Shown here one piece after another: positions 46,746-59,588 of a stretch of DNA of 64,000 nt. The stretch lies in assembly GCF_000143415.4 (NCBI RefSeq), contig NW_003314272.1, forward strand, positions 468,184 through 532,183. Direction: 5' to 3'. Position numbers and translations under genes: made by a program. Origin of the DNA: Selaginella moellendorffii (Eukaryota > Plantae > Lycopodiophyta). The notes below the pieces were generated by a model. That model was not told the origin of the DNA. It saw nothing but the letters and a program-made list of their open reading frames with translations, and ran no database searches. The first letter of the stretch is position 1. Every line of letters begins with the position of its first letter.

Positions 46746-49700
46746 TCACTGGGTGGAGGAGGAGTACGATCGCTGTTCCTCCTGCTCGCGTACCACGACG
46801 ATCCCGTGAGCGCGAATGTGCTGGAGGAGACGGCGGAGGAATGGATTGGAGCCAACCGTAGAGCTGTCACACACAATCGCGACGTGCTTGCGCGACCTCG
46901 TCACCGCCACATTGATCCTCCGCTTGTCGGCCAGAAATCCGACCACTCCCAGCTCGTTCGATCTCACCTGGACAAACAGAGGAGGTGATCCTGAGATATA
47001 GACTATCTGGCTGGAATGCAATCACGCAAGATCAAAAAGAAAGATTTTTACAAGATCCAAAAGCAAAAAAGAGGGAGATTTTACCATGGAAATCACGACA
47101 GCATCGGCCTCTCGTCCCTGAAAGCTGTCGATGCTCTCGGTCTGTACGATATCTCCCAGGCTTTCCTCGTCGAGCCTGGCTCTCAAGAGATGGACTTGTG
47201 CCAGGTACGGCGATTGCACGGCAATAGAACTTGCGGGAACTCCTGCATATTAAAAGCGAAGAACTTAGCAATGAAAAAACCATCTTTTGCCGATCCATTA
47301 AGCAGCTAGAACGATACGATTGATCAATCCAATCGTAGTGAAAAGAGGAGAACGAAGGCAACCTGAGTGGATGAGAGCTTTGACATGCTCCACAACAATG
47401 TCGGCTTCCCCATCGTTGTAAAACGATCCCGTTCCCAAGTAGTCCATGCACTCCTCGCATCCCATCGCCAGGCTTCCAAACGCTTTTCTTGTATCCAGTA
47501 ACAGCATGGCTGCTCGTGTCCTCCACGTCTCCTATGAAAGCAAGCAATCAAAGCGTAAGAAATCGAAAAACAAAATCTCTCTTTTTCCTGCCATGGAAGA
47601 AGAAGAAGAAAGTCGAAGAAGAAAGAAAGTCCAAGTACCTTGACTTGTGGCGAATCCGATAGAACTTGCTTGGCCACCGAAGGAGCGGTCTTCACCAATC
47701 CTCCATACATCTCGCTCGACGCCCAGCTCGCGATGGCTTCGTTCATCCGGTACTGGACCTGGAGCATCGTGTTCATCACCGCGGAGTGGCCCAGCGACGT
47801 TGACGCTCGCTCCATCAGCGAAGTTGCGAGGCCTCCATCCACGGCTTCAGCTGAAAATACCGTTGGTGCCAGCTGACAGGCATCCCCGGCCAAAACCACG
47901 CGCGAGCTGCGAAGAATTCCGATCCAGCACGACGGTTCCATCGCCTGCCCGGCCTCGTCCACCACCGCCAGGTCGAATAACCCGGTTTTGCGAAGCAAAG
48001 GATCGCCAGCTCCAATGCTCGTGCACAGGACAACTTGGGCAGCCGCCAGGACCCCGACTGGGATCTCCTCTTCCTTTTTTTTCACGGATTTGTCTAGCCT
48101 CCGCAAGTTCTTGTCTATCTCCGCCTTGATCTTGCCATCCTGGCACCGCATAGAAGCTCTCCTCAAGGCGGCTTTGTCGCTGGCAATGCTCCGCTTGAAG
48201 TCGACGAGTTCGGAGCTGACGATGTGAGTGAGCGATTTGGAGACGACCGAGGGCGACATTCTCACAGGATTCCCGACGCGAACAACCCGCAAGCTCGTGT
48301 CGCTGAGCCGGTCGACGAGATTATCCACCGCTGCGTTCGTAGGGGCTGTCGCAAGAACTTTGTCACCGCGAGCCACGGCCTGGATGATGATCTCCGTCAC
48401 TACGTTTGTTTTTCCTGTCCCCGGAGGCCCCTGGATCACGGCCACTGGCCTCGACTTGTCCAGCCCGAGCTGGATCGCTCGCCTCTGGGATTTGTCAAAG
48501 GATGCTCCAGACAAAGTTGACGCAAGCAGCGAGTGAGTATCTTCAAGTTGGTCTTTGCCGCGAGCAAGTTTTTCGATCTCTTCTCCTTGTCCGAAGAGAA
48601 CAGCGGCGATGGCAGCTGCTGGATTGTCCTTGCTCACTGCAACTTTCTTGAGTTGCTTCAGTGCTTCACAGTTTCGCTGGGAAGAAACAAGCAAAGTTAA
48701 GACAGATCCTTGAGTGAAACAAACACACCTCGTAAGTTGTTGCGTTGGCGAGATCAAAGATCTTGTCGATCCGTATTGAGCGACCCGATAGCTTCATCAG
48801 CGCCCGGCCTCCACCGGGAAGAGCTACTTCGATAAACTGGCCATCTTCACAAAGCTTGTAAACGGAGCCTCGCAGACACTCAGTCGCAGGGATTCCTTGC
48901 CTGTTCGAAACTCTCACACAGACCATATCCCCGGGAGAAAGGCTTGTCGGAGGAAGCCGGTTTTGCGAGTTTTTGGATCGAAAGGACACCACTTCAGTGC
49001 CTCCCAAGCCTGAGAAGAAGAGACAGTCACAAAGTTAGACGAAACCATGAAAGAAAGGAATGCGATCGACATATGCTCAAGCATCGATCATGCTCAACCT
49101 CACAGGGAGAAAATGATGAGACCTTTGAAGGAACTGACAGCAACCAGGTCGCACAATGCACCACACTCTTCATGCAAGATGGAAGGACTGGAAGAGCTCG
49201 AGGAACTCTTTTCCTCCTCATCGTGATCCTCTTCGTCACCGCAGCCGGAGCTCAGCTTTTTCTTGCTGCTTCCATCGAGTGCTTGCTGTGTGGCAGCCAA
49301 CTCGGCCTGTCTCTCTACGCTCAAGAGCTCGAGGTATCGATCTACGAAAGCGTCTACCTTGCTCTGGATCCCCGCCACCACCTCCTCGGTCAACCCGTTA
49401 AAACTCTTCTTCGCCACCTTGATCCTCGCGGAGCTTCGATGCTGGCCTAGATTTCAATCCAAATCACGTTCTGAGAATGATCGGTCGGTATGATCGATCC
49501 CTGATCAAAGAGAATGACAAGGAAGAAGAAGAACGCTCACCGGATTTTGATCTCTTCTTGAACAACTTCCACGAATCCGTCTCCTGCCACTCCTCGACAC
49601 TCCCTTTCTCCTGGAGATCCACCAGAGAGTTCTTGAGCTCTCGCTGGAAGTGATCATAGAGAGTGGGATAGTGATTCCTGGCTCGCTGGCACTCATCTTC

Positions 49701-50033
49701 CAGGCCCTCTGGAAGCTCCACCCTGTCGAGAAATGGCTGGACGAGCCTCACGAGCTCCTCCCCGACTCCCACTCTCTCCTCCACTCCGGCCAAATCACGC
49801 GCCCTCTCCGCCTCGGCGATCTCGGCCGCCATAGCCTGGATTCCTCGCCCCACCCAGCTCACCACCTTCTTCCCCAGCTCCCTGCGGCCCAATGGATTGC
49901 AGTCTTCGCGGCTCAAGGCCGCCACGATCGCGTTGCCGCTGTGAGCAAGATCCGAGCTAGGATTCATTCTCACCTTGATCCTCCTGCCCAGGAAGCCATG
50001 CATCAAGAGCTCGGGATTGCAAACCGCGGCCAT
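46746..50033 (-). CDS. SF1 (UPF1/IGHMBP2-SMUBP-2-like) helicase
   Basis: QGPPGTGKT, APTNAAVDN, VVDEAGQ, LAGDACQLAP, QYRM, IDSFQGREAD, RRINVAVTRSR; multi-exon. Confidence 0.92.
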
Positions 50034-50337
50034 GGTCGATCAAATAGTGGTCAATCTCGAGCTCTTGGGAACGCGGGCTACAGCATCGCGACACGAGCTC
50101 CAAACACGACCGCGCCACAAGAATTCGAGAGAACTTCCATGGCCCAGATCAAAGAGAAGTAATATCCAAGCGATTAGTTTTTGAGAAAAAAGAAGATTTT
50201 TACTCCATCCTGCTAGCATTCTTGCGAGATTGCGCGATAGTCGAGGTTTCTCATACAAAATCGAGATCGCTCTCCTTTGCCAACCAAGTGTTACATGGTT
50301 GATCGCTCTAGAGTTTCAAGTATCAAAATCGTCGAGT

Positions 50338-52129
50338 CTACCCGGAAAACTCTACGTTTTCCTCCTCTCTACTTACTTCAACCTCATCAGACTCGGATTC
50401 GCTAGAAGAAGACGATGATTCCGACGAGCAATGGCTCTGCAAACTCTTGAGGAACTCCCGCAAGCCATCCGTGAGACCACCTAGGCCGATGGAGGTCAAA
50501 AAGTTGATGGCGAAGCGTGTGCTCTTGGGGTTATCTCGCGGGAAGATGCCGGCCACACTTCCTCGCATCTGCTCGTCGTCTAGGCGCTCCTTCAGCTTGA
50601 GCAATCCCAGGTGATCCGCGAGCTCCTGGAAGAGGATCTTGATGAAGATGCGAGACGACGACGTCGTCGCCTCCTCGCTCAAGCAGATGTACCCGAGACT
50701 CGTCCACGGGAGAGCGTCCGTTGCTAGCAAATGCGCGAAGAACCTCGCCACGTTCCTGAGCTTGTTGGTCTCTAGCCTGTGGATTGATGCGTACTGGCCG
50801 AGGAAGCACTCGCCAAATTGCTGCTGGAACTTCTGGTTGATCATGGAAAGCCTCTGTCCCAAAAGCCCGTAATATCTCTGGTACGTCCGCTCTTGGCAGC
50901 AGCATTCCAGAAGCATGATACATACCTCTTTCTCCTGGCCTGGTTCCATCTCCATCTTTAGCAGCTTGTGCCCAGACTCTTCAAACCCGACGCTGGACAT
51001 GATCGTCAGATAGATGGTCCGCCTGAGATTCACCAGATCTATTTCAGTGACGTCTTGAATGCCCTGCGAAGGATCTTCTTCCTCTTCTTCTTCGTCTTCA
51101 CCATTGTCGGGATCATTCGGCTCCGAGCCATTCTTTTCCTGCTTTCCAAGAATGCTACTCTTGATGGCCTCGTATTTCTTTTCGTTCTCCAAGTAATCCG
51201 GATCCTCAGAAAATATGTCAAGGCCGCTCTCTGGATCCAGGTCCTTGTCCAGGAGCGAGATCTGGTGCGTCTCCTGGTCACCTTCCACGACAAGATCCAC
51301 CTCTCGCATGATCGCTGGATGCCCCTGGAAGTTGGACTTGCGCAGAGCAAAGACGTCCTCGATCATAAACTGGACACGCTTGTCGATCTCTCCCTCGTGA
51401 AGCACAGCTCGGAGCCGATCGAAGACCATCTGGAAGCACTTGGGCGATGTCCCCAGCAGATACGCTCCACATCCCTTGAGGAATCCCACAGCCACCTCCA
51501 CACTATCATCCGTTGGAGTCTCCAGCAGCAGCATGAGCAGCTCCAACGCAATCACCTCGTGCGCGACGCGTTGATTCACCAGGTGCGCCAGGAGCTTCGT
51601 AAAAGAGAGCAAAACAGGCTTGTCATTCCTCTTGAAGACCCTGCGGAACTGGAGGATGATTCTCGTCAGCAGCAGCCCTCCGAGAGCTGGAAACCTGGAG
51701 TTGATCACCGCGACTAGCCCGGCAAAGACGTGCGTCAAGGCCGGAGATGCCATCTGCGACTTCATGCACGACCTCGCGAACAATCCCCTGCCCCGGACCA
51801 AGTTCTCAGCGATCAGCTCCCTGGCGATGTCTTCCACGTTGGAAGCGCTCACCTTGTTCATGAGACCATTGATGCTCTTGCGCAGAGCCTCCCAGGCCAT
51901 CCTCTGGTATGTCTTTCACGTCGCCCATCATCTGGGCGAGCTTGGAGGGAGGAATCTAAGTCCCTCCACACCGTCCCAAATCCTTGTCTTCTCCTTGCCT
52001 AGCCTCATTCTCTCGGGCTCTGGAAGCTCTACCTGTGCGGCCCTCATCTGCGGCGATGGCGCCGTAGCTTAGATGGCCGCCATACCTGTACACTGGAGAC
52101 CATGGTGGCATCGCCACCGCCGCGGCCAT
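50338..52129 (-). CDS. CWC22: Pre-mRNA splicing factor CWC22 homolog; MIF4G+MA3 ORF (50338-51900) intact, N-terminus disrupted
   Basis: AWEALRKSINGL, NLVRGRGLF, PTDDSVEVAV, LVNLRRTIYLTIMSS, RLETNKLRNVA, TTSSSRIFIKILFQEL. Upstream frame from ATG 52129 has TAG at 51956-51958 and a frameshift near 51910. Confidence 0.85.
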
Positions 52130-52336
52130 AGCGTGTAAACCCTAAAACCTTTCTACAAAGAAGAATATTTTAGGGCTGACGGTAATGGCGATAGCAAGCG
52201 TGTGGTATGAAGCAGGGAATCGTCGCCCAAGGGTTTAAGCGACTGGTGGACAAAAACCCTCCTTCCTTTCTACAGCGGAAAAGAGAGGGCATTTTTTTCT
52301 CCTTGTTCCTCCCATTCTTTGCTCCGGTGCTCCACG

Positions 52337-55265
52337 ATGGCGATGGAGATTGCCGCCACCGCCTCAAGAGGGCTACTCCAGTCCACCACCACAAGCAGCA
52401 CCGGCAGCATTAGCGGTAGCAGTAGAGTTTTGGCTAGATTCTCCGAGGAGAAGCGGCTGATTGTCGACAAGCTCGAGCTTGGAGCGCTCCGGAAGCGATC
52501 GCTGCATCTCAATTTGCGTAGGATTGCTCCGGCGCCGCGATGCCGAGTTGCCACAACCGAGGAATCAGTCCAAGGTGAGGAAGAACTTCTATTCTCTAGA
52601 GGATTTTCATCTCATAGTCTTTTCTTGTTTCCATCTAGTCAAGGACGCTCCAAAGAAGCTGGACTTGAGGACTGATATAAGGAACCTCGCCATCATCGCT
52701 CATGTCGATCACGGCAAGACCACGCTGGTGGATGGAATGCTTCGACAATCCAAGGTAGAGCAGTTCGTTTTCTTTTCTTTCTTTTGCATATGGTTCTCCT
52801 TGCTCGAGTGAAGGTTTTCCGGGACAACCAAACAGTCCAAGAGCGAATCATGGATTCCAATGATTTGGAAAGAGAGCGAGGGATTACAATTCTCAGCAAG
52901 AACACGGCCATCACGTACAAGGGGACGAAGATCAATATCATCGACACACCGGGTCACTCGGACTTTGGAGGAGAAGTGGAGCGTGTTCTTAACATGGTTG
53001 ACGGTGTTCTTCTCCTCGTAAGAACTCTCTCTTCCATGCCAACTTGGAAGAAATCTAGAAACTTTGTCTCAAAGTTCTTTGTTTCTTTTAGGTGGACGCT
53101 GTGGAAGGTCCCATGCCACAAACGAGATTTGTTCTCAAGAAAGCTCTGGCGCTTGGCCATAGAGTTATTGTTGTTGTCAACAAGGTGGACAGGCCAGCAG
53201 CTCGGCCGGACTACGTTATCAACATGACTTTCGAGCTGTTCTTGGAGCTCGAGGCTTCTGACGAGCAAGTAAGCTCTCGGAGTGCAATGCTGTTTCCAAT
53301 GGTTTCTTTGCTTTACAGTGTGACTTTCAAGTAATCTATGCGAGTGGCCTCAAAGGACAAGCTGGCCTGGAACCAGATGCTCTTGGGAACGACCTGGAGC
53401 CTCTTTTCGAGGCTGTTCTTCGTTGCATTCCTGAGCCCCGCGTGCAAATAGATGCCCCTCTCCAAATGCTTGTAAGTTCCTTTCCAAATGTTCTGTCGAT
53501 ATGGTTTGATTGTTTGATCGTCTCATGCTCCTCAGGTAACCAACTTGGATTATGACGAGCACAAGGGACGCATTGGCATTGGAAGAGTGAACGCTGGCAC
53601 ATTAAGCAAGGGCGAAGTCAAGGTATGTGATAGCTTTGGTGCTGTGCTTCTCTTTTGGAAGAAATCCCTCACTTCTTTCTCAGATTTGTAAGCCGGATGA
53701 AGCTGACAGGGTTGGCAAAGTGAGCGAGATCTTTGTTTTTGAGAACTTTGCGAAAGTTCCAGCCGTTAAAGTCGTGGCTGGTGATATATGCGCTTTTGCT
53801 GGGATCAACGATGTTATGGCAAGTAGCTTCACCGACTTAGAGTGCGAGAGATTGACGTTTCTTTCTTACTCCACAGATTGGAGAAACGGTGGCAGACAAG
53901 GCAAATGGCGTACCACTTCCTTCCATTAAAGTAGAGGAGCCCACGGTGAAGATGTCTTTTTCTGTGAACACTTCACCATTTTCCGGGCAAGAGGTTGTAA
54001 ACTACTTTCACTTGCTTTCGTGGTTGTGAGTTGATTTATTTTTCTTGTCTTGTTTGCAGGGAAAGTTCGTTACCAGTAGGAATTTACGTGATCGGCTCTA
54101 TCGCGAGCTTGAGAGAAACCTTGCGATGAAAGTAGAAGACGGCGAGACTGCTGAGACATTCATTGTCAGTGGAAGAGGCACACTTCACATAACAATTTTG
54201 ATCGAAAACATGTAAGTTCTTGCTTTGTTTTTCATATTTCTCATTCTTGTCGTGCAGGAGGAGAGAGGGGTACGAGTTCATGGTTGGTCCTCCCAGAGTA
54301 ATCCATAAAGTGCTGAACGGAAAGAAACTCGAGCCTTACGAGGTACTTTGTTCTTCGGAAAAAATTCTTTCTGCTACTTACGAGCAAAGCACAAAAACTT
54401 GCACAGGATGCTATTGTTGAAGTTCCCGAGCAGTACGTTGGAGCCGCAGTTGATCTTCTCGGCAAACGCCGTGGACAAATGCTCGACATGCAAGCCTCGG
54501 AGTAAGTGAAGTAGTTTAAAGCTTAAGTTTAAAGCTTACTAGTTCTCTGTTTGGTTCTCCAGACTTGGAAACACCATCTTAAAGTATAGGCTCCCGACCA
54601 GAGGCCTCTTGGGGATCCGAAACTCCCTCCTCTCCGCGAGCCGAGGCACGGCCATCCTCAACACTGTTTTCCACGGCTACGAAGAATTCGTTGGTGATAT
54701 TAGCACCAGGGAACAGGGATCGCTGGTAAGCACCAGAATACATGTTCCAAAGAAAAGTAGGAGGAACAATTCAACTTTTTTTGCTAGCTAGTTCTTCCAG
54801 GCTTTTGTCAGCGAAGTCACCTCACTCCCACTGTGTTTCTTGCAGGTGGCCTTTGAGACTGGGCAAACAACATCCTACGCTCTTTGTAGCTGTCAAGAGC
54901 GAGGACAACTCTTTCTGGGTCCTGGTGTGGAAGTCTACAAAGGACAGATTGTTGGCATCCACCAGAGGCCAGGCGACCTCTCCATCAATGTCTGCAAGAA
55001 GAAAGCAGCCACCAATATCCGGTCCAACAAGGAGCAAACTGGTATTGTCCGATGTCCTCTTTGTATCCCTTTGTACTTCATCATCTTTTTGACTCGTTCT
55101 TCTTTCCCAACTTTTTTCTTTCTCGCAGTTGTTCTGGATGCACCACAAGACTTTAGCCTGGACGACTGCGTCGAGTACATTGAAGAGGACGAGCTGGTTG
55201 AAGTAACTCCAGTGAGCGTGAGGATGTGCAAAAATCCCCGGATGGCCAGGCGAGGTGGGCGATGA
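52337..55265 (+). CDS. typA: TypA/BipA translational GTPase, plastid-type (SVR3-like)
   Basis: Transit-peptide-like N-terminus; [65 protein letters not shown]. Confidence 0.95.
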
Positions 55266-56385
55266 TTTCCAGATAGGATTGATCGATTGCTAGAGTTTGC
55301 GACTTCGTTCTACGAGGGAGGTACGACTCGTGCTAAGTTTCAAGTGTATAGCATTCATTCCAGGCCCAGGATAGGACCTCCGGAAAGAACACTTGTAAGC
55401 TATATCTGTAAAGACGAGAAAGATCGATCGTAAAGATTCATGACGAGAAATTTAATGGGCTTATCGAGCGAGTGTTGGATCAGGTCTGTCTTTCATAGAA
55501 AAACGAGCTCTCTTTTTTTTCTCTCTGCGAACCAAATTGACAGGCAAGAGTTTTCAGTCTTGATTGATGGTGTTTTCCTTTAAATTTTCTTCTTTCTCTC
55601 CTTGCCGCCTGCTCTTGCCTGCCAGTGGATGATGGATTGAATTTATGGCAGTCATGAATTATCCATGGTTTTTGGCTATGGTTTCTTCTGCTAGCTCTTT
55701 CATCCAATCTTTGCAACTTGCATCGCTTGCTCCCCAGCGACGCTGCCACCACAAGTTCGCATTTAAAGTCTCCCATATGTGGAGCTGCCTGGCCGGCCCG
55801 GGAAAAGCAACGATCCAAAGGACCAATTCCATCGTTTCACTCGCAATCACAGCCTCGGGGATGGAGAGCCGCAAATTCGATGGCGACTTCTTGTTAGTCA
55901 CTCGATCCATGGTCTCCATTAAACAAAGCGCTCTCGCGAGGATTCATGAACTGGCGACCCGTGAAAACCATGGGAAGTCCATCGCCATTCTTTCTCACGC
56001 CACACTTGGAGGGATATATTATCAATCGACTGGAGAGGGGAATTGCGAGATCTCGGCCATCACGGGGTCGCGATTTTGGGTGTGTGGTCGCTGCCGCCAG
56101 CGATCGCTTTTACTAGTGTGGAGGCGGAGAGTGACTCCCACGTGATGGTGGTGGCCCGGCGCTCTTCCTCTCTGGCCGGGCATTCCCTTTCCCTTCACTA
56201 TAAAAACCCAGCTGGGCACTGCCAATTCCACTCCATCATTTGCTACGGCCACAATCTCCTCGCATTCCATCCGTAGAGTCGATCAATCGATCCAATTTCA
56301 TCCCCATTCCATCGATAGCAGGGGATTTAGGGTTCTTCCAAGATTTTAAATTTCGCGGGATCTTGGCAAGAGAGCGAAGAGAGAA

Positions 56386-56787
56386 ATGCCGATTTTGGGA
56401 GCCAAGATGCAGCGTCTCGTCTCCAAGATCAAGCCCCACAACCTGGATTTCACCGCCCATCACCACGATCTCGATCTGGACGACGATGGCGACCTGGATC
56501 AGCCGCCGCGGGACGTTCCAAAGGGATGCTTGGCTGTCTACGTGGGCTCGAGCGCCAGCGGCGGCGACAGGCAGCGCTTCGTTGTATCCACTCAGCTCCT
56601 CAGCAATCGATTGTTCCGGGCGCTGCTGGATCGCGCGGCCGAGGAGTATGGATTCGAATCGCCGGGGGCTCTCACCATTCCTTGCGAGGCCGTGCTCTTT
56701 GAGCACTTCATCTGGTTGCTGGGAAGGAACGATCCCGCCGCTGCCAGGATCGAGGTGGACGAGCTTCTCAATTTCTACAGCTCGTGA
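56386..56787 (+). CDS. SAUR: SAUR family protein
   Basis: DVPKGCLAVYVG...RQRFVV...LFRALLDRAAEEYGF...GALTIPCE. Confidence 0.93.
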   Translation: MPILGAKMQRLVSKIKPHNLDFTAHHHDLDLDDDGDLDQPPRDVPKGCLAVYVGSSASGGDRQRFVVSTQLLSNRLFRALLDRAAEEYGFESPGALTIPCEAVLFEHFIWLLGRNDPAAARIEVDELLNFYSS

Positions 56788-58199
56788 TAGATCATCAAGG
56801 AATTCGTTCTCATCGTTTTGGCGGTCGCGAGGCGAGGATAGAATGCTTTCGAAGGAATTCAAGAGCTCTTGTGAGGCGTGCTTCCATGGTCGCCCTCTTT
56901 GTCACTTGATCGGTATCTATCATCTCCAAAAATCGCCTATTTTCCGGGCTTGTGTTTCAAGAACAAGATAAGAAATCGGTTTGTCACACTAGTGTTTGAT
57001 TCAATTGCAAATAACAATCACTATACTTTCATGTTCACAAAAATTTGGGAAGAATCATAATGATCAATCACCCTCTCATGATCGATCGCTTGCAACTTTA
57101 AGAAAATCGAAGATCTTTTGTTTGGAGCTGAGATTGGTGTTGGATCAGCTCTTTTCTATTCCGTTGTGCACATGATCACGATCTTGCCAGAGATCCATCC
57201 CATTTTCTCTCAAGAATTTTCTATCGTAGTGTCAGCTTCTCATGCCAACTTCACGCGCAATCTAGCTTGGCTAGTAGCTAGCTCCACGTTTCGATCCAAA
57301 AAAATAAACAACGATCCAAAGAACTAGAAACTATCGTTATTCCCCGAGAGAATGGATCCAAAAATTCAACACGCCGCTATAACTAGATCACACGCTGCCA
57401 ACTGCGAAGAACACATTGAAATCCCAAAACCGGGATCTAAACAATTCAATGAAGTTGGCAGCCAACGCAAGTTGGATTGGATCTTTTCCCTCCGCCGCAA
57501 GATAGAAAAATCCCCAAATTTTGTAATGGAAGAACATCACTGTTCTCGACATAGTTTTCAGTTTTCTATGGTTTTCTGCAAGCTCCAGAGCATGGCAGTT
57601 AGGTTGGTGCCAAAGGTTGACGCTGGAAAGCAAAGTTTCCACATGGGAAGCGTACGAATCCATGTCGTTTGCTCGTAATTTATAAGCCTGGTTTGGAAGT
57701 TCCTTCTTTTTCTGGTGGTGCCATTGCTCATGGATGGTGGATCGTTCGTTTGCGCATTAAATTCTCTACTGCCATGGAGGAAAAAAGCTTGCTAGAACCG
57801 CAAACTTCCACCCAAATTCGCTACTGCCATGGAGGAAAAAGCTTGCTAACTTCCACACAGCCAAAGAGATTCCACCAGTATGCTTTAAATGCCTTTGATT
57901 GATTGTGTGTATAGTAGAGATTTTATATACATTTGCTTTAGATCCAGGCTCTTGTTTGTGATCAAAACTAGAGAGGAAATTGGTCGATCGAGATCCAGCC
58001 ACGCATGATTGGTGGCTTTTCGTTTTCCCCTCTTCCAGCACTTGGGGCGCCGCAATTTCTTCGACCAGCTCAATCGCCCCAGTGGAGGATCGATCATCCT
58101 TGGAGACCCCAAGAGAAAAGATGAAAATTTGAGGAACCTCGAGCTAGATCAATCGATCTTGGATACCACTTGTATAAACCACCTCTTCCGTGGATCCCT

Positions 58200-58628
58200 T
58201 CACGAGTAGAAGGCCATGAGATCGTTCACCTCGAGCATCGCAGCGGCGGGATCGTCGTTGCTGAGAAGCCATAGAAAGTGCTCAAACAGGACTGGATCGC
58301 ATGGGATCTCGAGAGCTCCGGAGTTCCTGTATCCATACTCCTCCGCCGCCCTCTGGAGAAGAACTCCAAACACTGGATTCGTGAGGAGGTGCGTGCCAAC
58401 CACGAATCTCCTCCTCTTCTTCTCGGAGCTCCCGACAATCACCGCCATACACCCCTTTGGAACATCGGCCGGGATGGAGAAATCGGCATCTTCGTCGCTG
58501 TCGTAGCAGCATGACCCATGGCTGCTCATGCTGCTCGCGCTGCTGCTAGACGAGCTAGATCTCTCGAGACTGAGTCCCTTCTTGGAGGCCGATCGAAAGA
58601 AGCTGCCAATCTTCGCAAGAACCGCCAT
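58200..58628 (-). CDS. SAUR: SAUR family protein
   Basis: DVPKGCMAVIVG...RRFVVG...LLQRAAEEYGY...GALEIPCD. Confidence 0.93.
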   Translation of the reverse strand: MAVLAKIGSFFRSASKKGLSLERSSSSSSSASSMSSHGSCCYDSDEDADFSIPADVPKGCMAVIVGSSEKKRRRFVVGTHLLTNPVFGVLLQRAAEEYGYRNSGALEIPCDPVLFEHFLWLLSNDDPAAAMLEVNDLMAFYS

Positions 58629-59588
58629 TCTTCACGATTGAATTGCAGAGAATTTGGAGAGAGCGACTTATAGATGAGAAGCTCTTGGCTTAAAGTGAGC
58701 TCTGGAGGCGATGGAAAAGATGGATGGTGTTTTGGGGCAGCGAGGAGGCGGCCCTATATACTCCCGCGACTGTTACCACAGTTAACCCAATCCAGATAAA
58801 GAAAGAAAGAAGAGATTATCTTATAATTTCCTCTCCGTCTATCTATCCCGCGCGATGGATCACTCAAGAACACACCGAAATGCCAATCAATCAATCACAG
58901 CGCGACCAGCGAATTGTAACAGTGGTTGGGGCGCAGCTCCAAAGCACAAGGACTGGCGCTGCCTCGAATGCTTGAGTGCTCCTGTCCGGGGCCTGGAGCT
59001 TATGTATGCCAGCGGCGGAACAGAGCACAGTGGGAGCTTTCAATTTTGCTAGTGGGCGATCGGGATTTCTTGGTGGGCAGGCGCATTTGACCCGCGCAAA
59101 GCGACCCATCTCGGCCGATTGCGCAATTCCGGTTCGCGCCGGTGTGTCTTTCAGGTTCTTCCCACCCAAAGAGACAATGTGGAAAGAGACGCAGCGTACG
59201 GTGAGAAGTTCCACATGACGTGAAAGAATTGTTTATAGGAATGCCCCGCGGTGGAAAACAGCTTCTCGGGAAGAAGGAAAGGAAGCCAAATTTCCAGCTA
59301 TGCAAAGTTTATGATCATCACATGAGCTTTTGTCAACTCCTCTCACATTCACAGGGAAGTTTTACCAGCGCGGTCGTTCTTGGCACACCTGCGGGGCCTT
59401 TTTGATCTTGGCACACCCAAATGTCACGCTTTTGCGGGGCCTTTTTGATCTGCGAGAATATTTTGTTATTGGGACCTCAAACAAAGACTTATGTTATATC
59501 GAATCGAAGACTTTGGAGAGAACTCTGATATCTAATCCGGATGACATACTTATCCTTTCACAGCTCCAACCTTCCCGAGGAGCGAATG

